From a virus: 64,000 nucleotides of DNA. Made by a program: the position numbers and the translations under genes. This document shows positions 18,809 through 28,195 of the stretch, piece after piece. The notes beneath the pieces were generated by a model, which saw only the letters and a list, made by a program, of their open reading frames with translations, did not search any database and was not told the origin of the DNA. The stretch lies in the IMG/VR virus record IMGVR_UViG_3300022562_001644, positions 1-64,000 of that record. One strand, 5' to 3'. Numbering within the stretch: the stretch's first letter is position 1; each line of letters starts with the position of its first letter.

Positions 18809-19352
18809 TCTCGCCGGCATTGATCTTGCGCATGGTGTCCATAGCCCATGCGTAAGCCGCCTTCTTTCTCCACATCCACAGGTACGTCGAGGTGCCGAAT
18901 GTCTTGGCCAGCCAAGTTGCCAGGCGCTCCATCTCCTGGTCGGCGAAGTCGCCGTTGAGCTCGTGGAGCACCAGTAGAGTCTCGGTGTATCCCTCACGCT
19001 CGAACTTAGCTCGGAAGGTCAAGATGACGGGCAGAACGAGCATGTAGCAGAGCGCCATGAGGAGATGGTTGAGGGGCCAGGCCCATCGACCCAGCGGCCA
19101 GCAGTGGAACTGGTCGATGTGCTTCCTCTCGTGGCGGAGTGTCTTGTACTTCTGGTCGGGTGTTTTCTCGTCCCAGGTTTCGCCGACGTACATTGTAGAG
19201 AAAATGGTTGTTGTGAAGGTCCGGTAACTGTTCCCGGTGACCTTTTTGAGGATCCTGAACGGCAGTCGTAGCCAGGACTTGTCGCGCTCCTTCAGGGTGA
19301 AGCGTGGGTACTCGTCGCGAGTCTTCTTGAGTAGCAGTTCGTATCGGTTCAT
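18768..19352 (-). CDS. membrane-associated HExxH zincin-like protein
   Basis: TTTI, LRHERKHIDQ, TM, FEREGY; GGGAGG RBS before ATG 19352. Confidence 0.75.
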   Translation of the reverse strand: MNRYELLLKKTRDEYPRFTLKERDKSWLRLPFRILKKVTGNSYRTFTTTIFSTMYVGETWDEKTPDQKYKTLRHERKHIDQFHCWPLGRWAWPLNHLLMALCYMLVLPVILTFRAKFEREGYTETLLVLHELNGDFADQEMERLATWLAKTFGTSTYLWMWRKKAAYAWAMDTMRKINAGEIRNPDRIDLPQAQ

Positions 19353-19401
19353 CGGTTCCTCCCTGTGGATGATGGCACAAGGGGTTTGACGGAGGGTTAT
19401 T

Positions 19402-19761
19402 GTGTTTGACGAAAACGAAAAAAGCATGTCAGCCAAGCAAGCTGAGAAGATGAGGAGGGATTCCACGCTATTCGAGATTGCTCACGAAAAGGCCGTCAGG
19501 GGCTGCATAGGGTGGCTGGCGAGATACTTCATGATTCGCCATTATCGAGACAGGGCTATTCGATCTCGGGGCGACACCGTACTTTACTTGCAGGGACTCC
19601 TCGAGAGGTGTCATGCGATGGTCGAGAGAAAGCTCGATTCAGCGTATGCAATGGCACGAGCGATGGATGGATGTCAGATGGCCGCCCGGATCTACGAAGA
19701 GGAGGTCGACGAATACGGCTGGGCCGTATCAGAAGGGGGTTCGCATGACAACGGGCATTGA
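19402..19761 (+). CDS. hypothetical protein
   Basis: 119 aa, GGAGG RBS. Confidence 0.65.
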   Translation: MFDENEKSMSAKQAEKMRRDSTLFEIAHEKAVRGCIGWLARYFMIRHYRDRAIRSRGDTVLYLQGLLERCHAMVERKLDSAYAMARAMDGCQMAARIYEEEVDEYGWAVSEGGSHDNGH

Positions 19762-20656
19762 GTGGACAGATGAGGTTTGGAATCCAGTAAGGGGATGTTC
19801 CATCGTTAGCGAAGGTTGTCGAAATTGCTACGCGATGAAATTCGCAGGCAGATTCAGCAACCCAGGCATGCCCTATGAGGGGCTTATCAGATGGACGCCA
19901 ACCGGAGCGAAATGGAATGGTACTGTGCGGCTGGTCGAGGAAAAGCTCCAGGAGCCATACAAGTGGAGGACGCCTCGGCGCGTATTCGTGAACTCGATGA
20001 GCGATTTGTTTCACGAAGAGATTCCAGATCAGTACATCGCCGACGTCTTTGCTGTGATGGGGGAATGTGAAAAACACACCTTCCAGGTTCTCACGAAGCG
20101 GGCCGACAGAATGGAGGAGTGGTTTAATAGCTGGTTTGCCGGTGAGACGGCGAGCTATCTCGAGGATCATGACTTTGAGTGGCCACCTCCAAATGTTTGG
20201 ATTGGCGTGAGCTGCGAAAATCAGCAGGCCGTCATGGATAGAGTTCCACCCCTGCTTGCTTCTCCCGCTGCTGTCAAGTTCATTTCCGCGGAACCTCTCA
20301 TTGGAGAGATTGACCTGATGTCTGTAGAGTGCCCGCTCTATCGCAGCAAATTTGCTGACGGACGATGTTCCCTGTGCGGAAACGGCCAAAGTGTCATCGA
20401 GGGAACATGCATCGATGGATATTTCAATGCGTTAGAGGAGGGTATCGACTGGGTGATTGTTGGGTGCGAAACTGGCAATCGCTCATCGGTCAGGGAGATG
20501 GATGAGAGCTGGGTAAGGCTTCTGAGAGACCAGTGTGTTGCGAACGGTACTGCGTTCTTCTACAAACAGGCCCTCAGTGGACAAGGGAAGAAGATTTCCC
20601 TACCCGCACTAGACGGACAGCAATGGAAAGAATATCCGAATGAGCCAAGAAGATGA
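19745..20656 (+). CDS. phage Gp37/Gp68 family (DUF5131) protein
   Basis: IEWTD..WNPVRGC..VSEGC.NCYA, FVNSMSDLFH, LTKR, SAEPL, WVIVGCETG, FFYKQ. Confidence 0.93.
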   Translation: MTTGIEWTDEVWNPVRGCSIVSEGCRNCYAMKFAGRFSNPGMPYEGLIRWTPTGAKWNGTVRLVEEKLQEPYKWRTPRRVFVNSMSDLFHEEIPDQYIADVFAVMGECEKHTFQVLTKRADRMEEWFNSWFAGETASYLEDHDFEWPPPNVWIGVSCENQQAVMDRVPPLLASPAAVKFISAEPLIGEIDLMSVECPLYRSKFADGRCSLCGNGQSVIEGTCIDGYFNALEEGIDWVIVGCETGNRSSVREMDESWVRLLRDQCVANGTAFFYKQALSGQGKKISLPALDGQQWKEYPNEPRR

Positions 20657-21083
20657 TGACTACACCGCTCCGTTTTACAGCGAGACAACAGCCGAGGTTT
20701 ATCGGAAAGGCCAGCTTCTTGCGGACAAGAAGTACGACATCAAGTGTCGTGTTGAGGAGTTCTTGAATGAACTACGGGAGATCTATCCAGAAGATGAAAG
20801 ACTGATTCACTGGGAGCTCTACGGCAAGGCGCAGTCCTTGTTGTCAGAGATGGAGAGGAAGAAGCGTGAAGAGCGAGAAGGGAAGGAGCAAAATGGACGT
20901 CCCGGTTGGACTGATCGTGGAATCGAGGGAAGTGGTCGCGGAGTACGAGGAGGCGGTAACGGAGTACATCAAGGCGTGCGAGCTGACGCTGGAGCAGAAG
21001 AAGGTGGTGGATCACGCGAACAGGAAGATGGCGGCGATGAAGCTGCCGCTGCACGGGAACAATCTCGAGCGGTGGGACAGTGA
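20640..21083 (+). CDS. hypothetical protein (long 3' overlap)
   Basis: Plausible N-terminal ~80 aa; tail overlaps next gene. Confidence 0.55.
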   Translation: MSQEDDDYTAPFYSETTAEVYRKGQLLADKKYDIKCRVEEFLNELREIYPEDERLIHWELYGKAQSLLSEMERKKREEREGKEQNGRPGWTDRGIEGSGRGVRGGGNGVHQGVRADAGAEEGGGSREQEDGGDEAAAAREQSRAVGQ

Positions 21084-21237
21084 GGCGGCTGAAGAGTTCT
21101 CCTGTCAGCTGGACCTGCTAGCGTCCGCACACAAGGAACAGGCCGAGCGAATTCACAGCCAGGTGAGGGCGCTCCGCCGGATGAATAGGGCTATTGCACT
21201 GGTAACAAAGGAGGCGAAACCAGATGAGAACCGTTGA
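20893..21237 (+). CDS. coiled-coil hypothetical protein
   Basis: AAGGAG RBS before ATG 20893. Confidence 0.7.
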   Translation: MDVPVGLIVESREVVAEYEEAVTEYIKACELTLEQKKVVDHANRKMAAMKLPLHGNNLERWDSEAAEEFSCQLDLLASAHKEQAERIHSQVRALRRMNRAIALVTKEAKPDENR

Positions 21238-21844
21238 GCATCCACCCGGTAAATACATCTGCATTGAGGGAGGGGATGGCACCGGTAAATCGACGCTATG
21301 CGCCGAGCTGGTACGACGCCTGGGCGAGAAGGCTATGCCGATTCGTTTTCCTTCGGATGGGATTGTTGGGTCGGTGATTCGCAAAGCGCTCATGGGGGAG
21401 ATCGAGCTGGACAGCAAGGCGTTCCTCTACCTGTTCGGGGCCGACGGCCTTCAGGAGGAAGGGCGAATCAGGGAGGCTCTTGAGTTCGAGGGTCGCCATG
21501 TCATCTGCGACAGGCACCCGACGCTGTCTGGGAGAGCCTTCCAGCCAGAGCACCATCCCAAGGCGCACATCGAGGCGGTCTACGACTCGGCCACAGCGGA
21601 CGGGGTATCAAACCCCGACTTCCTGTTTGTCCTCGACGTTCCGGTGGGGGAGGCTATCCGGAGAATCGGAGAACGGAAGAAGTATGCCGACGTGGTCTTC
21701 GAGAAGCTCGATCCTGCACACATCTACAAGCTCAAGTGTCGGTACCTGGAGATCGCAGAGGGCTTTGGAGGGGTTGTCCTCGATGCCACTGAGACCACCG
21801 AGGAGCTCGCCAACATCATCATGGAGAAGGCAGGGCTTCAATGA
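21224..21844 (+). CDS. tmk: thymidylate kinase
   Basis: ICIEGGDGTGKST, FP, LYLFGAD, VICDR, PD..FVLDV. Confidence 0.9.
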   Translation: MRTVEHPPGKYICIEGGDGTGKSTLCAELVRRLGEKAMPIRFPSDGIVGSVIRKALMGEIELDSKAFLYLFGADGLQEEGRIREALEFEGRHVICDRHPTLSGRAFQPEHHPKAHIEAVYDSATADGVSNPDFLFVLDVPVGEAIRRIGERKKYADVVFEKLDPAHIYKLKCRYLEIAEGFGGVVLDATETTEELANIIMEKAGLQ

Positions 21845-21969
21845 TCGAGATCTGCAGCAAGCGCCGAACCATCGAGCGCCGGCGGTGGCCGTTGACCAGA
21901 ACTGGCAATATCGCGCTCGCCGGTCTAGCCGCAGTCGCCATGGCAGTCACCGCCCTCCTGTTCCGTTGA
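21841..21969 (+). CDS. small C-terminal TM peptide
   Basis: ATGA coupling; IALAGLAAVAMAVTALLFR. Confidence 0.45.
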   Translation: MIEICSKRRTIERRRWPLTRTGNIALAGLAAVAMAVTALLFR

Positions 21970-21997
21970 CACGATGATGCGATGGTGATAGGCATCA
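21966..21997 (+). promoter_or_regulatory. sigma70-like -35 (TTGACA) with overlapping inverted repeat TGATGC-N11-GCATCA (possible operator)
   Basis: Immediately upstream of an RHH gene. Confidence 0.5.
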
Positions 21998-21998
21998 A

Positions 21999-22193
21999 AT
22001 GATGGCGGGTAACAAAAGATCAGATGATCAAAGCGAGCCGACGAGAAATTTGCACATCAGCGTCCCGGAGAGTTTCCACAGGCGGGTGAAGCTAATGTGC
22101 GCTTTCACTGACAAAACGCTCAAGGACTATTCCATCGAGGCCATCGAGGAAAGGGTCAAGCGTGACGAAGCGGAGCTGAAGAAGTCTAGATGA
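21999..22193 (+). CDS. ribbon-helix-helix DNA-binding protein
   Basis: RNLHISVPESFHRRVK..C......LKDY..EAIEE. Confidence 0.75.
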   Translation: MMAGNKRSDDQSEPTRNLHISVPESFHRRVKLMCAFTDKTLKDYSIEAIEERVKRDEAELKKSR

Positions 22194-22705
22194 GGTGCGT
22201 TCGATGTGACTCAGAAAGACTCTTCCAGTTCGAGGCTGCCGCGGCACCACGCGAGCGACCTGGTCCGGAAGAGCTCCCGTCGGTCTGCCGGTCTTGCGGG
22301 CTAATATCGGTTGGCGGAAAGGAGCTAAGACTGCCTGCCGAGATCGAGCAGGCCGCTAAGACGTTAGCCGAGGCGGCCCAAGAGGCGGCGAGTAATGGGC
22401 GGTCTGAGATGGAGGCCATGGATCCCACGGCTGCCATCGAGGGCTACATGTCGAAATTCTATCAGCGAGCCTATCTGGATGGGTTCGTTAGGTGCCTGGC
22501 TTTTTTCAGGCACAATGCGAAGGAGGGGCGAATCAGAAGAATGCGTGAGCTGTGGGGGGAGGGGAAGCCAGTTGGAGGATCCACGTCATCTGACGGCATG
22601 CTGAGTGGGATGATGTGGCCCATGGAGGCGTATACTGAGTTTGAGCAATTGCTTCACCTCAGTGTCGCGCCAGGAGAATCTGATGTCCCGAGTACTTCGA
22701 ACTAG
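22190..22705 (+). CDS. zinc-ribbon hypothetical protein
   Basis: CVRC...CRSCG. Confidence 0.7.
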   Translation: MRCVRCDSERLFQFEAAAAPRERPGPEELPSVCRSCGLISVGGKELRLPAEIEQAAKTLAEAAQEAASNGRSEMEAMDPTAAIEGYMSKFYQRAYLDGFVRCLAFFRHNAKEGRIRRMRELWGEGKPVGGSTSSDGMLSGMMWPMEAYTEFEQLLHLSVAPGESDVPSTSN

Positions 22706-22889
22706 CATACGACCAGGACGAAGCGTCCCTCATACATGCAGAGATAGGCGTGGCAAGAGAGTAACAAGAAACGGAATCGCAGGCCGGCATTGTCGAGAAT
22801 GCGACACCTACATCGTTTACGTTTGGGATAACACGCCCAAGCCTAAGCCGAAGACCAAACGAAGAATCAGGAGAAAACGAAATGGCTAG
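22683..22889 (+). CDS. small basic zinc-finger protein
   Basis: HTC...CREC, Lys/Arg tail; AGGAG RBS. Confidence 0.6.
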   Translation: MSRVLRTSIRPGRSVPHTCRDRRGKRVTRNGIAGRHCRECDTYIVYVWDNTPKPKPKTKRRIRRKRNG

Positions 22890-23220
22890 AAAAATTGTGA
22901 CCATGGTCATCTGCGATCGCTGTAGCAAAGAGTACGAGGAGTCGGGTGAGCCCAGGGATTCGGATGGCAAGCCTCTGCTTTACTTGGAGCAGAAGGGTCA
23001 TCCGCCAACCAAGCTGGAAGACCTCTGCCCCCGCTGCGACGGCCGTGTAGCAAGTCTTTGCGAGCAGATTCGGTTGGACAAGGATGACGACAAGGGGTCT
23101 GATTCTGGCGCCAAGAAGGACAAGAAGCCTGAGGCGAAGAAGGAAAAGAAAGACAAGAAGGGTGGCGAAAAGAAAGAGCCGCCGACCGACAACAATGGCT
23201 CAGATGACGAGCCTCTCTAG
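22882..23220 (+). CDS. zinc-binding protein with Lsr2-like N-terminus and Lys-rich tail
   Basis: MARKIVTMVICDRC...DLCPRC; KKDKKPEAKKEKK tail. Confidence 0.65.
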   Translation: MARKIVTMVICDRCSKEYEESGEPRDSDGKPLLYLEQKGHPPTKLEDLCPRCDGRVASLCEQIRLDKDDDKGSDSGAKKDKKPEAKKEKKDKKGGEKKEPPTDNNGSDDEPL

Positions 23221-23229
23221 GAGACAAAG

Positions 23230-23505
23230 ATGAGCATGGATGACCTGATTCAAGGGCCCGGAGACGAGGATGAGGACGAGCTTGATGAGGACGAGCTCGA
23301 GGACGAAGACTCCGACGACGAAGACTCCGACGACGAGAATGACTACGACGACGACGCTGACTACGACGATGACAGCGATGACGACGACGATTCGGATGAC
23401 ACTGACTACGATGACGACACCGACGACATGCCGGACTATGACATGAGCGGCGATGGCGACTACTACGAGCCAGGCGATGTAGGCGGAGATCTTGGCGAAG
23501 ACTGA
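23230..23505 (+). CDS. hyperacidic low-complexity protein
   Basis: AGGAG RBS; ~53/91 residues D/E, no K/R. Confidence 0.75.
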   Translation: MSMDDLIQGPGDEDEDELDEDELEDEDSDDEDSDDENDYDDDADYDDDSDDDDDSDDTDYDDDTDDMPDYDMSGDGDYYEPGDVGGDLGED

Positions 23506-23565
23506 TTCTTAATGCCGTTGATGGGCATGCAAGAAAGGTAGGCAGATCCGACGAGATCTCCACCG

Positions 23566-23595
23566 GAGGGGCGCAAAAGTCGCCCCTCTTTTTTT
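23566..23595 (+). terminator. intrinsic terminator
   Basis: GAGGGGCG-caaaagt-CGCCCCTC followed by T7. Confidence 0.85.
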
Positions 23596-23629
23596 AGCCT
23601 GTTGACATTCACACGGGGTATGAGCGAGT

Positions 23630-23929
23630 ATGAGCGGCGTGAAGATTGACAACGAAACTGGAGCCGATCTCTCCAAGGAGGAGAGGAAGGTCATCTCAGA
23701 TCAGTGGAAAGAAATTGAGGCATGCGGTGTAGATATCAGCAGTGCCGAGGTTCGCGGTGGAGGAGCGCCTCCAAGATTCCACATCACCTTTCGCAAGGGG
23801 GAGCCGTCTGCCAGGGCCAGAGCTCACCTAGAGGAAAAGCGCTATGACGTTGGGCAGAACCTGGGCGAGAAGAACCTTTCGTTCTATGTCACAAGGCGCG
23901 TGGAGCAGGGCAAGGGATGGTCAGTATGA
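23630..23929 (+). CDS. hypothetical protein
   Basis: 99 aa; TTGACA at 23602. Confidence 0.7.
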   Translation: MSGVKIDNETGADLSKEERKVISDQWKEIEACGVDISSAEVRGGGAPPRFHITFRKGEPSARARAHLEEKRYDVGQNLGEKNLSFYVTRRVEQGKGWSV

Positions 23930-24747
23930 ACAGGTCTAAGCTCGAGAAGGCCATCGCCTACAACCAAAAGCAGTTTGACTTGGGTGAGCTGACGATGGAG
24001 CAAATCACGAAAATGACGCTTCACTGGCAGGATACTCACGAGCTCGAGGCAGACGGGATGGCTGGCAAGATCACCCTCTCAAGCATCGATGCTGTCTTAG
24101 CTCCCGAAGCGCCTCCGATGGTTTTGGGGCCGGACGGCAACCTGGCCGTTGCTGGCAAGCTCAGCCATTGGGATGGCCCAGAGGAGCGGCAGCCGAGCAA
24201 TCGACGGGAGCTCTACGCAATGCTTGGCTCGCCTGGCCAGGCCGGCCACCCAGACAAGGAGTGGGAGCGGCAGAACATCATCAGCTGTCACCAGACACTC
24301 GGCAACAGGCTTCCTGGAGTTCCAGCCAAGTGGTGGGTTCAGGTCCACAAGAGGGTCGAGCCATATCTCCGAGAGGCACTTCGCCGAGTCCAGGTCGTGG
24401 CACCCGACTTCGAGATCGAGCGGATAGGCAGCCACAACTTCCGACACATCCGCCACGATCCGAATCGTCCGCTGTCCGTCCACTCGTGGGGGGCAGCGAT
24501 TGACCTCAATCCGCATGAGAACCGTGGAGTGAGCTTCAAGAGCGGAGAGGCCCCGAAGGCCTGGAGCCCGGAGTACATGAAGATTTGGCCGAACGGGGTA
24601 ACCCCGGAGGTCGTTGAAGCCTTCAGGAGCTGCGGCTTTGCCTGGGGCTCAGACTGGGACGAGGACGGCGAGACCCACGATCACACCTTCCTCGACCCCA
24701 TGCACTTCGAGTGGATTGCTCGAGATGGAAATGCGATTGAGGTATGA
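23926..24747 (+). CDS. endolysin: peptidoglycan-binding domain plus M15-family peptidase
   Basis: WQ..HELEADGMAG..T; R...SVHSWGAAIDLN; GFAWG.DW; DPMHFE. Confidence 0.88.
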   Translation: MNRSKLEKAIAYNQKQFDLGELTMEQITKMTLHWQDTHELEADGMAGKITLSSIDAVLAPEAPPMVLGPDGNLAVAGKLSHWDGPEERQPSNRRELYAMLGSPGQAGHPDKEWERQNIISCHQTLGNRLPGVPAKWWVQVHKRVEPYLREALRRVQVVAPDFEIERIGSHNFRHIRHDPNRPLSVHSWGAAIDLNPHENRGVSFKSGEAPKAWSPEYMKIWPNGVTPEVVEAFRSCGFAWGSDWDEDGETHDHTFLDPMHFEWIARDGNAIEV

Positions 24748-24926
24748 CCAGAAATCGCGCATCCATAGAGGGCGGCTATGTTCGCAAGACGGTTAGCTTG
24801 CCTGCTGATCTCGTAAAACGAAGTGAGCTGTTGCTCGAGCAAGATCCGGAGACGAGCATGTCTGTTCTCGTCACCAGGGCGCTCGAGGCCCACATCTCCA
24901 AGCAGGAAAAGAAGAGGAATCGATAG
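24744..24926 (+). CDS. ribbon-helix-helix-like protein
   Basis: RKTVSLPADL...SMSVLVTRALE. Confidence 0.6.
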   Translation: MTRNRASIEGGYVRKTVSLPADLVKRSELLLEQDPETSMSVLVTRALEAHISKQEKKRNR

Positions 24927-25304
24927 ATGCCCTTGTACGATTTTGAATGCCCGCATGGGCACCGCTTTGAGCGGATGTGCCCGATTTCGGCCAGGCACGA
25001 TGATGTGCCATGCGAAGGCACCGTCCCCCAGCTTCTATCCGATGATGATGTGGCCAAGGCCGACGCCGGAGAGCTCGAGGGGGCTCGCATGGCAAACATC
25101 GGGGCTGAGGGTGAGCAGGAGGTCTGGGTAAAAGATGTCCCCTGCGCGCTCAAGGCAAGGCTATTGGTAGGAACACACAGCAACCCATCGGCCCTCTTGG
25201 ACCATGGACATGCATCAAACAGGGACGCAGCGCGAGAAGGGCGCTACGACCCACTAAATCCCAACCGCCGATTCATGGCGAAAGGAAGAGAGTGGAGAAA
25301 ATGA
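24927..25304 (+). CDS. FmdB-like zinc-ribbon protein with insertion
   Basis: MPLYDFECPHGHRFE. Confidence 0.7.
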   Translation: MPLYDFECPHGHRFERMCPISARHDDVPCEGTVPQLLSDDDVAKADAGELEGARMANIGAEGEQEVWVKDVPCALKARLLVGTHSNPSALLDHGHASNRDAAREGRYDPLNPNRRFMAKGREWRK

Positions 25305-25480
25305 AAAAGCCATTGTTTCAGTTTCCAGAGCCGCGTGCAGCGGTGCGAGAAGGAGAAGCCTTTCTTCAGTTCACTAGCAAAGGGGAGGTGATCGGCGAAA
25401 TCAATTTCAGTCGAATCATGAAGCAGTGCTGGGAGAACATCAAAAAGCCAAGGGAAGAGGGTCTGGAGGTGGCTCGATGA
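25301..25480 (+). CDS. hypothetical protein
   Basis: Coupled small ORF. Confidence 0.55.
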   Translation: MKKPLFQFPEPRAAVREGEAFLQFTSKGEVIGEINFSRIMKQCWENIKKPREEGLEVAR

Positions 25481-25944
25481 AGTGTCCGGTGTGCGATTCG
25501 GTGATGCGCAAAGCAGACCTCCCGAAGAAGTACAACATCCTCTATTGCGAAAGTTGCGGAGAGCTCGGCCAGGTGGTTGACGGAGCAGTGGCTCCACGAG
25601 GGACCTTGCTTGAGCGCGCCGCCTTGGGCGATGACCGAGTTCATGCAGCAATTTCCAAACCCCACGTCAGTGACGTAGCTTCGTTTATCGAGATCTTCGA
25701 GAACGCGACTCGGATGTGGCAGATGGATTTGGCTGCAGCGTCAGGGGGGTTGCGTACAATCCTCGCCCAAATTGAGAACCGCGTTGACTTCGCTATCAAC
25801 AAATTCACTGGCCTTGACATGGCCTCAGATGAGGCGGCGGACGCCCTTCGGATGCTGAGGGAGGCTCGGGAATTGGTGTCAACCCTGCCTAGTCGAAGCC
25901 GCGGGGTCCAGGAGGGAACCGATGGAGAAGTACGCAGTCAATGA
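25477..25944 (+). CDS. zinc-ribbon hypothetical protein
   Basis: MKCPVC...YCESCG; GGAGG RBS. Confidence 0.7.
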   Translation: MKCPVCDSVMRKADLPKKYNILYCESCGELGQVVDGAVAPRGTLLERAALGDDRVHAAISKPHVSDVASFIEIFENATRMWQMDLAAASGGLRTILAQIENRVDFAINKFTGLDMASDEAADALRMLREARELVSTLPSRSRGVQEGTDGEVRSQ

Positions 25945-26095
25945 CGTGAGAGAGCTTCAGGAGAAGGAGCTCAAGCAAGTTCGCTCGAGACTGGAAGAGC
26001 TTCGCGGGAGTCTAGAAAAGACCGCCGCGGAGACCCAAGAGGTTGAGCGCCTGGAGGCCCGAGAGGCCGAGATCGCGCTCGAGCTCCAGGACTGA
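25922..26095 (+). CDS. 57-aa coiled-coil protein
   Basis: GGAGG RBS; MEKYAVNDVRELQEKELKQVRSRLEEL...; below ORF-track cutoff. Confidence 0.6.
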   Translation: MEKYAVNDVRELQEKELKQVRSRLEELRGSLEKTAAETQEVERLEAREAEIALELQD

Positions 26096-26113
26096 AAGCA
26101 GTCAAATTAGCAG

Positions 26114-26121
26114 GGCATAAG
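26114..26121 (+). promoter_or_regulatory. GGCATAAG putative promoter motif
   Basis: Intergenic, upstream of bet. Confidence 0.55.
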
Positions 26122-26195
26122 TTCTGTAAGGCCAAAGGTACGCAATGGTGCACACCTGGCTGAATACATACATAGGACAAGGGGAGTGATTCGCA

Positions 26196-27029
26196 ATGAG
26201 CGATAAATCACTGACTAAGACATCTCAGAACAGCGAGTCGCTGCAACACCACAACCAGGGAAACTACGGGTTCAGTCCAGAACAAGTCGCGCTCATCAAG
26301 AAGACGATCTGCCCCGGGTCAACGGACGACGAACTCAATCTGTTTGTGACTACGGCCAGGCGCCTCGGTCTCGATCCGTTTGCTCGGCAAATCTTTGCTG
26401 TCAAGCGATGGACCAAGGACGGAGAAGTCATGTCCATCCAGGTTTCCATTGATGGCTACCGCCTGGCCGCCGAGAGGACGGGAAAGTACGAGGGCCAATC
26501 TGGTCCATATTGGTGCGGAGAGGATGGGGAATGGAAGGACGTTTGGCTCAGCAATAAGCCCCCCGTGGCCGCCAAGGTTGGCGTCTACAAGAAGGGAACG
26601 CGAGAACCCACCTTCGCTGTTGCCAGGTTTGATAGCTACGCCCAGCGGAAGAAGGATGGAAGCCTCACAGCAATGTGGAGCAAGATGCCCGACCTCATGA
26701 TTGCTAAGTGCGCGGAGGCCCTGGCGCTCCGTAAGAGCTTTCCGGCCGACCTGTCAGGGGTTTACACGCAAGAGGAGATGGCTGGCCAGAACCTCGAGGT
26801 TGCCACCGATGCTCAAATTGTTGAGCCTGGCAGCGTCGAGGAAAAGCTCATGCAGCGTCTTAACGATCCAAAGACGCAAGAGTTGTTTGCTGCCATCGCC
26901 GAGTACGAGCCAGTCACTGACCAGAAGAAGATGAGTACGCTCAAGAAGTACCGCTCAGACGAGAAGCTGTGGGAGGTACTCGCGAAAAAAGTTTCCAAGC
27001 TGAAGGAACAGGAGGCTGCTAGCGAATGA
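26196..27029 (+). CDS. bet: single-strand annealing recombinase (Bet/RecT family)
   Basis: [49 protein letters not shown]. Confidence 0.95.
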   Translation: MSDKSLTKTSQNSESLQHHNQGNYGFSPEQVALIKKTICPGSTDDELNLFVTTARRLGLDPFARQIFAVKRWTKDGEVMSIQVSIDGYRLAAERTGKYEGQSGPYWCGEDGEWKDVWLSNKPPVAAKVGVYKKGTREPTFAVARFDSYAQRKKDGSLTAMWSKMPDLMIAKCAEALALRKSFPADLSGVYTQEEMAGQNLEVATDAQIVEPGSVEEKLMQRLNDPKTQELFAAIAEYEPVTDQKKMSTLKKYRSDEKLWEVLAKKVSKLKEQEAASE

Positions 27030-28174
27030 AGAAGCTAGTCGTTCTTGGCAAAACACTAGACGTAAAACTCTCACATTCGTTCATCCAGAACGCGGCCTGC
27101 CCCTTCTACCTGAAGTGCAACTACGTCGACAAGTTGCAGGAGAAGTACATCCGGGTCGCCGCTGAACGGGGAAAGGCAATTCACGAGGCGCTAGCAACAC
27201 TTCTTCAGGGATGCGTCGACAAAGGAATTCAGCCAAGCGATTTGCACGACACGCTGATTAGAGAGGTCGTCCAGAACCACACCCCATCTCACATCATGAG
27301 TGAGGTGGGGTTGATTCTTTCCTGGGCAATGATGTGGAGGGATAAGTTCAAACTGCCGGCCCATGTCGAGGGCATCGAGGAGAAGATTGGTCTCGACGAC
27401 GAGTATGACGAGTGCGAGTTCGCAACAGCTTCCTATCGAGGAATACTTGACCTCTGGCAGCTGAAGGATGGTCACGCGCTTATTACGGACTGGAAGTCGC
27501 AGAACCACATCATGAGCCAGACCGAGCTTGATCAGCATGAACAGATGACGTTCTATTGCTGGCTTCTCTGGAAGCTCTACCCCGATGACATTGAGAAGTT
27601 CACCTGTCGTATCTGGTACCTTCGGTACAACTTCTTCATGGATACGGTGAGGACTGAGCAGGATCTCATCGAATTTGAGAACGCTCTCATCATTAAGGAA
27701 AGGAAGATCACCGAGATCACGAGCTGGGACCCAATTCCCGGAAAGCACTGCGGATACTGCGACTACATTCTGCATTGCCCTATCGCGAAAGATCTCAGCC
27801 CAGAGAACCAAGCCATCATCACCCAGGAGCAGGCGATCATCGCAGCTCAGAAGCTTACGGTTATAGAGGCTCTCAAGGGCGAGCTAACCAACAATCTGAA
27901 GGAATACGTGAAGGCAAACGACGAGGTCATGATCGGAGACAACTGGGTCTATGGCTACAGCCACAGTCAGTCGGACAAGTGGAGCGCAGAAAAGTTGGCT
28001 CCAATTCTAAAGAAGCATGGCCATGACGTGTCCGAGCTGGCCAACGCAGACACCAAAAAGGTCAAAAAGCTGCTCAAACAGGCCACCAAGGAGAATCCAG
28101 CCCTGGCCGCCGATATCGAAAAAATTCGAGAAGAGAAGCACACGACCAAATTCCAGGGCTACCAGCGGAAGTAG
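27026..28174 (+). CDS. PD-(D/E)XK exonuclease (RecB/Cas4-like, Fe-S Cys)
   Basis: CP, G.AIHEAL, GILD, ITDWKS, QM.FY, C.YC.Y...CP. Confidence 0.88.
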   Translation: MKKLVVLGKTLDVKLSHSFIQNAACPFYLKCNYVDKLQEKYIRVAAERGKAIHEALATLLQGCVDKGIQPSDLHDTLIREVVQNHTPSHIMSEVGLILSWAMMWRDKFKLPAHVEGIEEKIGLDDEYDECEFATASYRGILDLWQLKDGHALITDWKSQNHIMSQTELDQHEQMTFYCWLLWKLYPDDIEKFTCRIWYLRYNFFMDTVRTEQDLIEFENALIIKERKITEITSWDPIPGKHCGYCDYILHCPIAKDLSPENQAIITQEQAIIAAQKLTVIEALKGELTNNLKEYVKANDEVMIGDNWVYGYSHSQSDKWSAEKLAPILKKHGHDVSELANADTKKVKKLLKQATKENPALAADIEKIREEKHTTKFQGYQRK

Positions 28175-28195
28175 TCTCGATGTAGACTCTGCAGC

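Noticed and set aside
19556-20389. 277-aa - strand ORF (also 22907-23563 and 29467-30144)
   Set aside because: Antisense to well-supported + strand genes.
23506-23565. Two small hairpins between the acidic gene and the terminator as an sRNA
   Set aside because: Short imperfect stems expected by chance at this GC content; no independent promoter.
27026-28174. Cas4 / CRISPR adaptation
   Set aside because: Coupled to bet as a typical recombination exonuclease; no cas1/cas2 or array.
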